Source: Candidatus Latescibacterota bacterium (GTDB lineage Bacteria; Latescibacterota; UBA2968). From it: 64,000 bases of DNA. Position 1 is the stretch's first letter. The number at the start of each line of letters is the position of its first letter. The notes under the pieces were generated by a model that was given only the letters and a program-made list of their open reading frames with translations, searched no databases and was not told the origin of the DNA. The position numbers and the translations under genes are program-made. This document shows positions 1 through 9,272 of the stretch, one piece after another. The DNA is taken from assembly GCA_965198115.1 (NCBI GenBank), contig OZ240241.1:2528001-2592000 (forward strand). The letters run 5' to 3'.

Positions 1-1744
1 ACGTCCTTCGGCGAACTTGCGGGCCACCTTCCTGCAAATGGTCCCTACTTCTCGCTCCAGGTTTCGCAGCCCTGCTTCACGCGTGTACTCGCCGACCACC
101 GATCTCAGGGCGCCCTTGTCGACGTAGATCCGCTTGGAATTCAGCCCGTGTTCCCCAACCTGTTTGGGAACGAGATAACGTCGCGCAATCTCCAGCTTCT
201 CCACTTCCGTGTAACCCGACAACTCCAGCACTTCCATCCGGTCCAACAGGGCGGGCGGAATCGAATGAAGCGAATTCGCCGTCGCGATGAACATCACCTT
301 CGACAGGTCGAACGCCACGTCCAGATAGTGGTCGACGAACGTGTGATTCTGCTCGGGATCCAACACCTCGAGTAGAGCGGAGGAAGGGTCGCCGCGAAAG
401 TCGGAGCCCAGTTTGTCGATTTCGTCAAGCATGAACACGGGATTGTTCGTTCCCGCCCGACGCAGCCCCTGAATGATCCTTCCCGGCAGGGCGCCGACAT
501 ATGTTCTCCGATGACCTCGGATTTCGGATTCGTCGCGAACGCCGCCGAGCGACATACGAACAAATTCCCGCCCCACGGCGCCGGCCACCGAGCGAAGTCT
601 TCCCGGTTCCCGGCGGTCCAACCAGGCATAGAATGGGACCCCGAACATCGCTCTTCAGGCTTCTCACCGACAGATATCGAGGATCCGCTCCTTGGGCCGT
701 TCGAGTCCGTAATGGTCCTTGTTCAACTGGCGCTCCGCAGCCTTGACGTCGAGGTGATCTTCGCTGGAGACCGACCACGGCACGCTCACCATCCAATCCA
801 GGTAGGTGCGCGAGACCGAATACTCGGGACTCGCCTGAGGCATTCCCTCCATTCGTCCAAGTTCACGCTCGGCCTCTTCCCGTGCCTCGTCCGGCAGATT
901 AGCTTTCGCGATCTGCTCGCGCAACTCGTCGATCTCTCTCGACGCTTCGCCCTCACCCAGCTCTTCCTGGATCGCCTTCATCTGCTGGCGAAGATAGAAC
1001 TCGCGCTGAGCGTCCTCGATCGTACCGGCCGCTTCCGACTGGATCTTCTGGCGCAGCTCGAGAATCTCCACCTCTCGATTGAGATAGGTGTTCACGATCT
1101 CGAACCTCCGCCGCACGCTCAACTCACCCAGAATCTTCTGGCGTTCCTGGAAATCCAGATTCACCTGTGTCGCGATGAAGTCGATCTGTTGTCCCCGCTC
1201 CGGCAGAGAAGCGACAGCCTCGCCCATTTCTTGCGGAACGTTTGGAGCAAGCTCCACCGCCTTCTGAAATTGTCCGATGACGTTCTGGAAAGAGCCTCGA
1301 AGTGCGACGTTTCCTCCTCGATGTCCTGCAATTCTTTGACCCGCGCGACCGGGTAAGGAGCATCCTGAGGAATGCGTTCGAGCAGAATGCGGGAAATGCC
1401 GTGCACGAGCAGCTGCAGCTTCCCGTCCGGTGCCCTCTGGGCTCGCACGAGCTGAATGGCCGTCCCGACTGGATGCAGATGATGTTCTCTCACATCCTTG
1501 GTGTCGAGCTTGGCGACCTCCGACTCATCATCACCCGCCAGCCTACCGAACAACGCAACGACTTTGTCCCCGTGTTCATCGCTTCTTCGACGGTGCGAAT
1601 CGTCGTTTCATCATCGATCAGGAGGGGAGCTGCCATGTAGGGATAGATCACAACCTCGCCCGAAACCAGCAGCGGCAAATCGGGAGGAAATGATCGTTTT
1701 GCGATCGCCTCGGTCGTTTCTTCGATTGGATTGTCTTCCGCCAT
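1..1744 (-). CDS. lon: ATP-dependent Lon protease, 5' part; runs off the window edge and is broken by several frameshifts
   Basis: Consecutive frames give the Lon N-domain (LPLL..VVIYPYM), [19 protein letters not shown], Walker [45 protein letters not shown] and Walker [11 protein letters not shown]. Confidence 0.95.
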
Positions 1745-2036
1745 TACCCTCTCCTTCCTATTCAGAACGACTCAATGGGGCAGACTCGTCGCAACATCCG
1801 TGCCCCGAATCGCTCCTCTTCTTACAACACCTTGTTACAACAATAGTTATAGGCAAAACGCCTCCTCAGTGTCCAGTCATACGTATCACACCTTCTCGCG
1901 AGATTTCCGAGTCAACCAGTCATATTGGCAGTCCTCTCGCGGTTCCTGACAGGCCTGGTGGCCGAATGATGATTCTGTCCAGGGGCGCCGTCGAACTGTC
2001 GCAAGTGCCTATCTGATAGGACGTTGTCCGCTATTA

Positions 2037-2064
2037 CCGAACACTGAACACCTAACACTGGACA
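2037..2064. repeat. Four degenerate tandem heptamers (ccgaaca ctgaaca cctaaca ctggaca)
   Basis: Read directly. The reverse-complement pair tgttcgg tgttcag recurs at 6719-6732. Confidence 0.6.
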
Positions 2065-2124
2065 CATACCCGCACAGGGGCTACTCCGGCATACGGGGCA
2101 TCAGATTCAGCCGCTACATTCTCG

Positions 2125-2152
2125 TTGTAAGGTCGAGACGGACCCTTATATT
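2125..2152 (+). promoter_or_regulatory. Candidate sigma70 promoter TTGTAA-N16-TATATT just upstream of the oxidase start (possibly leaderless)
   Basis: Motif spacing read directly. GTG starts at 2155 and 2161 have no clear RBS. Confidence 0.35.
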
Positions 2153-2154
2153 GC

Positions 2155-3306
2155 GTGACCGTGTCCCAAAAAGTCTACAGACTCGCCGTCATTGGGGCTG
2201 GCATCAACGGATTGTGTGCCCTCTACCACGCCGTGCGGCGCAGTCCCGGGGAGACGGTCCTGTTGGAACAGTACCTCTTGGGTCACGACCGGGGTAGCTC
2301 ACACGGCTTTACGCGAGCAACGCGCTGCGCCTACATCGATCAAGACTACGTCAGACTGGCGCAAGTTGCGCACGATGAGGCTTGGCCAGAGCTCGAGTGC
2401 CATCTCGGACGCACGCTCATCCATCGATACGAAGTGTGCTTCTACGGGACCGAAGACAGCGAATATGGCCAATACGCCGAAGCCGTCAGGGGCGCCGGCG
2501 TAGATGTCGTCGAAGTGACACCCGATGAAGCCCGCGAGCGTTATCCACAATTCAGGTTCGAGAACACGGCCGGCGTCCTGATCGATCGGACGGGGGGTGT
2601 CGTTGCCGCTCGCGAAACGATATCTGGTCTGATCGACAATCTGAGGGCCCGCAGCGACATCCGCGAACAGACAGCCGTCATCGGCATCGACATCGATTCC
2701 GATCCGATTCGCATCTCCACCGACCGCGGGGAGCTGTCGGCTGAAAGCGTCATCGTCACCGCTGGGCCCTGGGTCGGACGGCTGTTTCCACAGCTCTGCG
2801 AGCGCCTACAGGTCGCCCGACAGACCGTTGGTTATTTCGAGCTGCAAGACGATTCGGTGAACTCGAGCTCGGGCGCTTTCCAATCTGGGCTTTCCTCACC
2901 GGCGACTCCGTCGGCTTCTACGGACTACCCGAGTATGGCCGGCCCGGCATCAAAGTCGCCCGACACATCGTCGAAGGCCGAAACGACGATCCCGAACTCG
3001 GCCCATCCAGACGCGATCGAGGATCTGCGGGCTTTCGCCGCCACCCACTTCACGGCACCCGTCAAGCGACTCGTCGACACCGAGTTCTGTCACTACACGA
3101 ACACCGTGAACGAAGACTTCATCCTCGACCACCACCCTCAAAACAAGCGTGTGGTCATCGGCACGGGATTCAGCGGTCACGGTTTCAAGTTCGGCCCGAT
3201 CACGGGACGTATCCTGGCAGACCTCGCGCTGGACGGTGGTTGTTCGCTCCCCGAGTTCGTGTCCGCCCGTCAACGTTTTCGCCTCTCAAGAGGAGGACCA
3301 TCGTGA
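2155..3306 (+). CDS. FAD-dependent amine oxidase, monomeric sarcosine oxidase/SolA/fructosyl-amine oxidase family; probable compensating frameshifts at about 2870-3000
   Basis: GAGING dinucleotide-binding motif, GSSHG, CHYTNT (covalent-FAD Cys position) and GFSGHGFKF. A Ser/Pro-rich off-frame stretch lies between about 2870 and 3000. Confidence 0.85.
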   Translation: MTVSQKVYRLAVIGAGINGLCALYHAVRRSPGETVLLEQYLLGHDRGSSHGFTRATRCAYIDQDYVRLAQVAHDEAWPELECHLGRTLIHRYEVCFYGTEDSEYGQYAEAVRGAGVDVVEVTPDEARERYPQFRFENTAGVLIDRTGGVVAARETISGLIDNLRARSDIREQTAVIGIDIDSDPIRISTDRGELSAESVIVTAGPWVGRLFPQLCERLQVARQTVGYFELQDDSVNSSSGAFQSGLSSPATPSASTDYPSMAGPASKSPDTSSKAETTIPNSAHPDAIEDLRAFAATHFTAPVKRLVDTEFCHYTNTVNEDFILDHHPQNKRVVIGTGFSGHGFKFGPITGRILADLALDGGCSLPEFVSARQRFRLSRGGPS

Positions 3307-4088
3307 AGTGGGGATGTTGCGGCGATCATCAGGTTCTCAACACGACCGAAGAAGCCGGCTTCGATTACGCTGAGGCACCGACTCGTATGCTCGCGTCCTC
3401 TGAAGGAACCCTGCCGCAGGACGTCCAGGACGCGTTCTCATCGGTCCCGATCGCAGCAGAAGCTTTCAACGTCTTCGTTCCCGGAACGATACCCGTCGTC
3501 GGTCCGAACGTCGATTCGGAGGCGGTGCAAGCTCACGTCACCGTTTCTGCGGAGCGTGCGGCCTCTCTCGGCGCCAAGGTCATCGTGTTCGGCAGTGGGG
3601 GAGCCCGAGGGATACCCGAGGGCTTCGACAGCACCACCGCCACCGACCAGGTGCTCGCCTTCCTCGACACCGTCGCCACCCTGTTCGAGCCTCACGGAAT
3701 CACGCTCGTCATCGAACCCCTCCCCCATCGCTCGTGCAACTTTATCCACACCGTCGCGGAAGCCGCCGAGCTGGCACGCGAGGTCGACCGCCCCGAGATC
3801 CGCATTCTCACAGACCTGTCCCACGCACACGCCAACGGGGACCCTTTCGAGAAACTCGCTGACGTCGCCGATCGTCTCTCGCACGTCCACGTGCCCGTAC
3901 CCGACGTGCCCGAATGCGGCATCGAGGGGTCTGGCGTGCCACACGACGAACTATTCACAACCCTGAGGTCGATCGGCTACAGTCACCGCATCTCGATCGA
4001 GGACCACGGCAAGCGCCTCACAGAATACCCTGCGCAGGCTGCGCCCGTTCTCCGTCGACTCAAAGCGCTCTGGGAGGAAGCAGCCTAA
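3303..4088 (+). CDS. Sugar phosphate isomerase/epimerase TIM barrel, D-tagatose/psicose 3-epimerase-like
   Basis: VFGSGGAR, VIEPL, TDLSH, SHVH and ISIED give the E-D-H-E metal set. The GTG start overlaps the upstream stop and follows a GAGGAGG RBS. Confidence 0.8.
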   Translation: MKWGCCGDHQVLNTTEEAGFDYAEAPTRMLASSEGTLPQDVQDAFSSVPIAAEAFNVFVPGTIPVVGPNVDSEAVQAHVTVSAERAASLGAKVIVFGSGGARGIPEGFDSTTATDQVLAFLDTVATLFEPHGITLVIEPLPHRSCNFIHTVAEAAELAREVDRPEIRILTDLSHAHANGDPFEKLADVADRLSHVHVPVPDVPECGIEGSGVPHDELFTTLRSIGYSHRISIEDHGKRLTEYPAQAAPVLRRLKALWEEAA

Positions 4089-4090
4089 CC

Positions 4091-5205
4091 ATGAAAGTCA
4101 CGGACGTCAGAACCATCGCCCTCCTCGGAGAGACTCCCATGACAGGATGGGAAAGCGAGCCAGGACCCGGTGTGAATCTCCACACGCTCGTCGTGATCGA
4201 AACCGACGGAGGCATTCAGGGCGTCGGCAGCTGCTTCACATCGAAGGGACTCGTCGACGGCGCAGTCGACCTGCTCCGACCCAACCTCATCGGTGAACGT
4301 GCGGACGAACCCGAACGCGTCGCCGAAAAGCTCCATCAGATGACGTTCTGGCAGGGCAGGGGTGGCGCTGTCACACACGCCATCAGCGGGATCGACATCG
4401 CCCTGTGGGACATTTTCGGAAAAGTGTGTGGACAGCCCATCGGCCGCCTCCTCGGTGGCTACTATCGAGACCGGATTAAGCCCTACGGCTCGCTCCTGTT
4501 CGAGGATCCTGCCACATTCCCAGGTGTTCTTGAGTCCGCAACTGCCCGGGGATTCAAAGCCTTGAAGCTGGGTTGGGGACCGTTCGGTCGCGTCGATGCC
4601 GCGATGGACGAAAAGCTCGTCCGAATCGCCCGCGAAACCGTAGGTCCGGATGTCGAGATCATGGTCGACGCGGGAGGCAGCGACCGGTTCTGGCCCCACG
4701 GATACAAATGGGCGGTCGAAAGAGCGCGCATGCTCGCCGACTACGACGTCGTCTGGTTCGAGGAAGCCCTCCCTCCCGACGACATCGAAGGCTTCATTCG
4801 TCTTCGCGACCACGCTCCGGTCGCCATCGCCGGCGGCGAGGTTCTGACCAGACGACAGAGCTTCATCCCGTTCATCGAACGGGGCGCCTTCGACATCATC
4901 CAGCCCGACGTGACAAAGGTCGGTGGCATCGGCGAGCTCCGACGTATCTTGTACACCGCTCTTGACCATAACGTCCTCCTCGTCACTCACGGATGGATAC
5001 GGCCATCGGTCTGGCAGCGGATCTCCACATCGCGGCCGCGCATCCCACGGCGAGATGGGTCGAATACATCACACCGTCCCCGTATATCGAAGACATCGTC
5101 ACCTCGCCCTTCGTCATCGACGAGGACGGACTCCTGGAAATTCCGACCGAACCCGGTCTCGGTATCCAACTCGACTGGGACCGGATCGCCGCTCATTCGG
5201 TTTGA
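4091..5205 (+). CDS. Mandelate racemase/muconate lactonizing enzyme (enolase superfamily) protein; one frameshift near 4995
   Basis: AISGIDIALWD, KxK-like ALKLG, MVDA, WFEE, GGE and IQPDVTKVGG. The C-terminus (AIGLAADLH..EPGLG) is in ORF 4993..5205. Confidence 0.9.
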
Positions 5206-5276
5206 TTGCAGGAGTTCGCAACGAAAGCAACGATCGAGTATCAGAACAGTACACAGCCTTAACCAGGAGACCGGCC

Positions 5277-6686
5277 ATGAAAATGTATGTGGGTGGTAAA
5301 TGGATCGATAAGGACGACAAGATCGATGTGATCAACCCGTTCGACGGATCTGTCGTCGACACCGTTCCGAGGGGCGACGCGTCCGACGTCGACGCCGCCA
5401 TCGCCTCGGCCGAACGGGGTGCCGCCGCCATGGCTGCGCTAACAGGCTACGAACGCTACACGATCCTGCATCGAGCATCTGAGCTGATGGAAGAGCGGCT
5501 CGACGACCTGGGACGAACAATCACGCTCGAAGAGGGCAAGGTCATTACCGAAGGTCTCGGCGAGGCAGCACGGGCGCAGGAGACCATCACCCTCTCCGCG
5601 GAAGAAGCGAAACGGCTGGGCGGTGAAGTCGTCCCCCTCGACGGCGCCTCCAACGGCGGAGGAAAGTTCGGCTTCACGCTGAGGGTGCCCTGCGGTGTTG
5701 TCGCGGCCGTCACCCCGTTCAACTTCCCGCTGAACCTCGTCTGTCACAAAGTCGGGCCGGGTCTGGCCGCCGGGAACGCCGTCATCGTGAAACCGGCAAC
5801 CGACACCCCGCTGTCTGCGCTCAAACTTGTCGAGATTCTCTTGGAAGCAGGCTTGCCGCCCGAAGGCATTCAGTGTGTGACCGGATCGGGCGCCGTCATC
5901 GGTGATGCGCTCTGCGGCGACTCGCGTGTCCGCAAGATCAGCTTCACGGGCAGTCGCGACGTCGGCGAGCACATTTGCCAGGTCGCCGGCCTCAAGAAGG
6001 TCACGATGGAGCTGGGATCGAACGCACCATTGGTCGTCATGGAAGACGCCGACATCGACCGTGTCGCCGATGCGACGGCCGTGACCGGATTCGCGAACGC
6101 CGGACAGGTCTGCATCAGCACGCAACGGGTGCTCGCGAGCGACAAAATCTACGGGGATTTCATAGACGCGCTCGCCCCGCGCGTAGAGGCCCTCAGCACG
6201 GGAAACCCGATCGAGGATACGGTCAAAGTCGGCCCGATGATTCGGGAGCCCGACGCCGAGCGCGTCAGCGAATGGATCGGCGAGGCCGTCGACGGCGGAG
6301 CCCGGCTCGTCACGGGGGGCGGACGAGACGGTCATCTCCACGAACCGACACTCGTCGCCGATGTCGAGCCCGATATGCGCATCTCGTGTGACGAGCTCTT
6401 CGGGCCGGCGGTCGCCGTCACCCGATTCAGCGACATCGACGCCGCGATCGAGATGGCCAACGACACCAACTACGGTCTGAGCGCAGCCGTCTTCACCCAG
6501 AACATCGACTGGGCCATGGCGTTCGCCCAGCGGGTTCATTCCGGGAGCATCCACGTCAACTGGGGCACGGTGTGGCGGGCGGACCTGATGCCCTACGGCG
6601 GACTCAAAGACAGCGGGATGGGCAAGGAAGGTCCAAAATACGCCGTCGAAGAAATGACGGAGATGAAGATGGTTGTCATCCACTAA
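5277..6686 (+). CDS. NAD(P)-dependent aldehyde dehydrogenase
   Basis: TPFNFP, FTGS, MELGSN, catalytic GQVCIS, ELFGP and PYGGLKDSGMGKEG. AGGAG RBS. Confidence 0.95.
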   Translation: MKMYVGGKWIDKDDKIDVINPFDGSVVDTVPRGDASDVDAAIASAERGAAAMAALTGYERYTILHRASELMEERLDDLGRTITLEEGKVITEGLGEAARAQETITLSAEEAKRLGGEVVPLDGASNGGGKFGFTLRVPCGVVAAVTPFNFPLNLVCHKVGPGLAAGNAVIVKPATDTPLSALKLVEILLEAGLPPEGIQCVTGSGAVIGDALCGDSRVRKISFTGSRDVGEHICQVAGLKKVTMELGSNAPLVVMEDADIDRVADATAVTGFANAGQVCISTQRVLASDKIYGDFIDALAPRVEALSTGNPIEDTVKVGPMIREPDAERVSEWIGEAVDGGARLVTGGGRDGHLHEPTLVADVEPDMRISCDELFGPAVAVTRFSDIDAAIEMANDTNYGLSAAVFTQNIDWAMAFAQRVHSGSIHVNWGTVWRADLMPYGGLKDSGMGKEGPKYAVEEMTEMKMVVIH

Positions 6687-6732
6687 AAGAAGTGCGCCGC
6701 GGGTGGCCGCGGCGCCAGTGTTCGGTGTTCAG

Positions 6733-6768
6733 GAAACCCGGTGATGACCTTTAGTCACCGGGTTTCTT
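6733..6768. terminator. GC-rich hairpin (gaaacccggtga...tcaccgggtttc) after the aldehyde dehydrogenase gene
   Basis: 12-bp perfect stem followed by a short T tract. Confidence 0.55.
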
Positions 6769-6788
6769 AAGTGGGGGCGGTTCTAGGC

Positions 6789-7802
6789 ATGAAAATCGGT
6801 ATTTACGGCGCACATTACGAAGTCCACATTGGCGGAATGATCCGGAAGGCACTCGAGGCGATCAACGGAAGCGTCGTTGGACTCGTGGAGCCCGACGATG
6901 CTTTCTATCAAAAGTATTCGGACGACGGCAACATCAAGCGGATCGATTCGCTCGACAACCTCGTCAATGGGGCTGGCGCAGAGATCATCCTTGGAGGTGT
7001 GAATCACGACGAGAAAGCAGACCTCGTCGAAGCGTGTGCCAGATTGGGCGTTCACGTCGTGCTCGACAAGCCTCTCTGCGGCTCACAGCAAGACTTCGAT
7101 CGCATCGTGGCTGCCGTGACGACCTCTGGTATCAAACTGTCGATCGACTATTCGTCACGGAACCGACCCGTCTTCATCACCCTTCGCAAGACGATTCAGG
7201 AAGGGGAGCTCGGTGACCTCGTCAGCTTGATCACCACGCATCCACACAAGCTCGGTCCGTTCGCGCCCGATTGGTACTTCGATCGACACCGCTACGCCGG
7301 GATCTTCCACGACCTCGCCTGTCACGGTGTCGACCAGATCCGCCATCTGACCGGCCAATCTTTCACCGGCGTCCACGCCGTCGGTTCCCTGATCAAACAC
7401 GTGGAACCACCGCGCCGGCTCCAATTCGATCACGTTCAGGCCTCATTCACGATGGACGGCGGCGCCACAGCCCTCGCGACCGCTGACTGGCTCACGCCCC
7501 AAACCTCGCCCTCCTTCGGCGATACACGCTTCATCATTATGGGCACTGAGGGATCCGCGCACCTCCGAGCCTACGCCGAAGACCATCTCCTCGTCGTCAC
7601 GAATAAAAAAGGGCGTTGCGAACCTCCCTTGGTGGAGAGCCGAAACGCCCAATTCTTCCACAACTTGATCGAAGCCTACGAACGCCACGAGGAGGCCCCG
7701 GTCAGCACCGAAGACACACTCGCTGTCGCTCAGGCGTGTATCGCCGCCGAGGCATCCGCCGCATCTGGCGGCAAGCTCGTGACCATACCGCCGGTGGGCT
7801 AG
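6789..7802 (+). CDS. Gfo/Idh/MocA family oxidoreductase
   Basis: HVVLDKPL, GIFHDLACHGVD and GTEG. Confidence 0.85.
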   Translation: MKIGIYGAHYEVHIGGMIRKALEAINGSVVGLVEPDDAFYQKYSDDGNIKRIDSLDNLVNGAGAEIILGGVNHDEKADLVEACARLGVHVVLDKPLCGSQQDFDRIVAAVTTSGIKLSIDYSSRNRPVFITLRKTIQEGELGDLVSLITTHPHKLGPFAPDWYFDRHRYAGIFHDLACHGVDQIRHLTGQSFTGVHAVGSLIKHVEPPRRLQFDHVQASFTMDGGATALATADWLTPQTSPSFGDTRFIIMGTEGSAHLRAYAEDHLLVVTNKKGRCEPPLVESRNAQFFHNLIEAYERHEEAPVSTEDTLAVAQACIAAEASAASGGKLVTIPPVG

Positions 7803-7911
7803 TTCCCTATGCCATGCACTGCACCGTGAACGATAGATGAGATCGAAAACAGCGCCCTCGTGCAGAGCGAGCGTGGCGTTTTTGTGTTCACACAAAGACC
7901 CGTGCGCTCTA

Positions 7912-7965
7912 CTCGTCCCGGAGCCTGTCCTGAGCGGAGTCGAAGGGCTCCGCACGGGGACGCTG
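7912..7965. repeat. Composite REP-like palindrome with a nested 24-nt insert (gcctgtcctgagcggagtcgaagg)
   Basis: The flanks match the reverse complement of 50285-50314 at 26/30. The insert matches the reverse complement of 49138-49162 at 23/25. Confidence 0.7.
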
Positions 7966-7975
7966 CAGCAACTTC

Positions 7976-9091
7976 TCAAGCGGCATCGAACACGTCCCTT
8001 GCGACGGTCACTCTCTCGAGACGATCCGGGACGGGATCAAACCCCACCCCAGGCGTGTCGTCCAAAACGACGCGGCATCGATCGTCCTGCTCGATCCATC
8101 GGTCCGTGATGTCTTCCGTGTAAAATCTCGAAGACGGAAAGACATCGGCAGGATAGGTGAAGCCCGGCAAGGTCCCCAGCGCGGCACAGATCCCGGCGCC
8201 CACACCACTCTCCAGCATGCCGCCGACCCACGCTTCCATGCCTTCGGCCTGCGCCATATCGTGAATCTGCTTGGCGTGGTAGAGGCCACCCACCCTTCCC
8301 GGCTTCACGTTGATCACGCGACACGCCCCCAGCTTCAACGCCAGCTTGAAATCACGCGGGCTCTTGACCGATTCATCCAGACAGACGGGCGTCTCGATCA
8401 ACGTCTGAAGCTCTGCGTGTTCGACCAGGTCCGTGTGAAACAGAGGTTGTTCGATCATCGCGAGACCGAATCGATCGAACGCCTTGAGTGTGTCGATGTC
8501 CTCGCGCAGATCGTAGCCCGAATTGCAATCGACGTGAATGACAGGATCGGGAAAAGCCGACCGCACAGCCTCGAGCACTTCAATGTCCCAGCCGTGCCTG
8601 ACCTTCAGTTTGATCCTGGGGAACCCGGTGTCGACCGCGCCCTGGATCTCCCCGAGCAGCTCGTCGATGGTGTCCTGAACACCGAAATCGGCCCCGCACA
8701 GCACCTCGGGCCCACTCCCTCCCAGAACACGCCACAGCGGCTCCCCCATCACCCGGCTCTGCAGGGCCCACCACGCCGTTTCCACAGAAGCCTTGGCGAA
8801 CGAGTTCCCCTTGAAAACCGACAGCAGGTCCAACAGTTCCGCCGCCAGATCGATCTCCTGCCCCAGAACCCGTGGCAGAAAGAAGGTTTTGACATTCTCG
8901 TAGGCCGACCGCGCCGTCTCGGGAGAGTAGGTCGGCGCGTAGAACGGTGTGGCTTCGCCCCACGCCGCGTGCCCACCTCCGACGAATCGGACCATCACCG
9001 AATGGATCGTAGGATCATCCCCGTAGGCGGTTCGCCAGGGGCTGATGAGAGGCAGTTCCACGTAGCGGACTTCGGCCGATTCGATCTTCAA
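7976..9091 (-). CDS. menC: o-succinylbenzoate synthase / N-succinylamino acid racemase (NSAR/OSBS subfamily)
   Basis: KLK, DCNSGY, EQP, DES, NVKPGRVGG, GGMLESGVG and N-terminal PTYSPET. Confidence 0.8.
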   Translation of the reverse strand: MKIESAEVRYVELPLISPWRTAYGDDPTIHSVMVRFVGGGHAAWGEATPFYAPTYSPETARSAYENVKTFFLPRVLGQEIDLAAELLDLLSVFKGNSFAKASVETAWWALQSRVMGEPLWRVLGGSGPEVLCGADFGVQDTIDELLGEIQGAVDTGFPRIKLKVRHGWDIEVLEAVRSAFPDPVIHVDCNSGYDLREDIDTLKAFDRFGLAMIEQPLFHTDLVEHAELQTLIETPVCLDESVKSPRDFKLALKLGACRVINVKPGRVGGLYHAKQIHDMAQAEGMEAWVGGMLESGVGAGICAALGTLPGFTYPADVFPSSRFYTEDITDRWIEQDDRCRVVLDDTPGVGFDPVPDRLERVTVARDVFDAA

Positions 9092-9180
9092 AGCACCCTC
9101 CTCTGTGGACTTCGAACGACGACGATCCCAATATAGGATGTCAGAGCGTGCCCCGCAGGTGTCCCAAAGGGCCGCCTGTG

Positions 9181-9209
9181 TTGACTCGTACCGAGCTAAC
9201 CAGTATATT
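9181..9209 (+). promoter_or_regulatory. Sigma70-type promoter for the lepA operon (TTGACT-N17-TATATT)
   Basis: Near-consensus boxes with a 17-bp spacer, about 64 nt upstream of lepA. Confidence 0.65.
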
Positions 9210-9272
9210 TGGTAGCTCTACGTCGTTGAGTTTCTTGAACTTGGCCCATTTTTAGCGTTCTCATACCCGACC

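Noticed and set aside
1-1744. lon as a true pseudogene
   Set aside because: Motifs are perfectly conserved in all fragments with only indels. A low-quality consensus is more likely, though this cannot be excluded without reads.
5262-5276. ACCAGGAGACCGGCC resembles the 3' B12-box of a cobalamin riboswitch
   Set aside because: No upstream riboswitch core is present and the intergenic gap is only about 70 nt. It is simply the AGGAG RBS of the aldehyde dehydrogenase gene.
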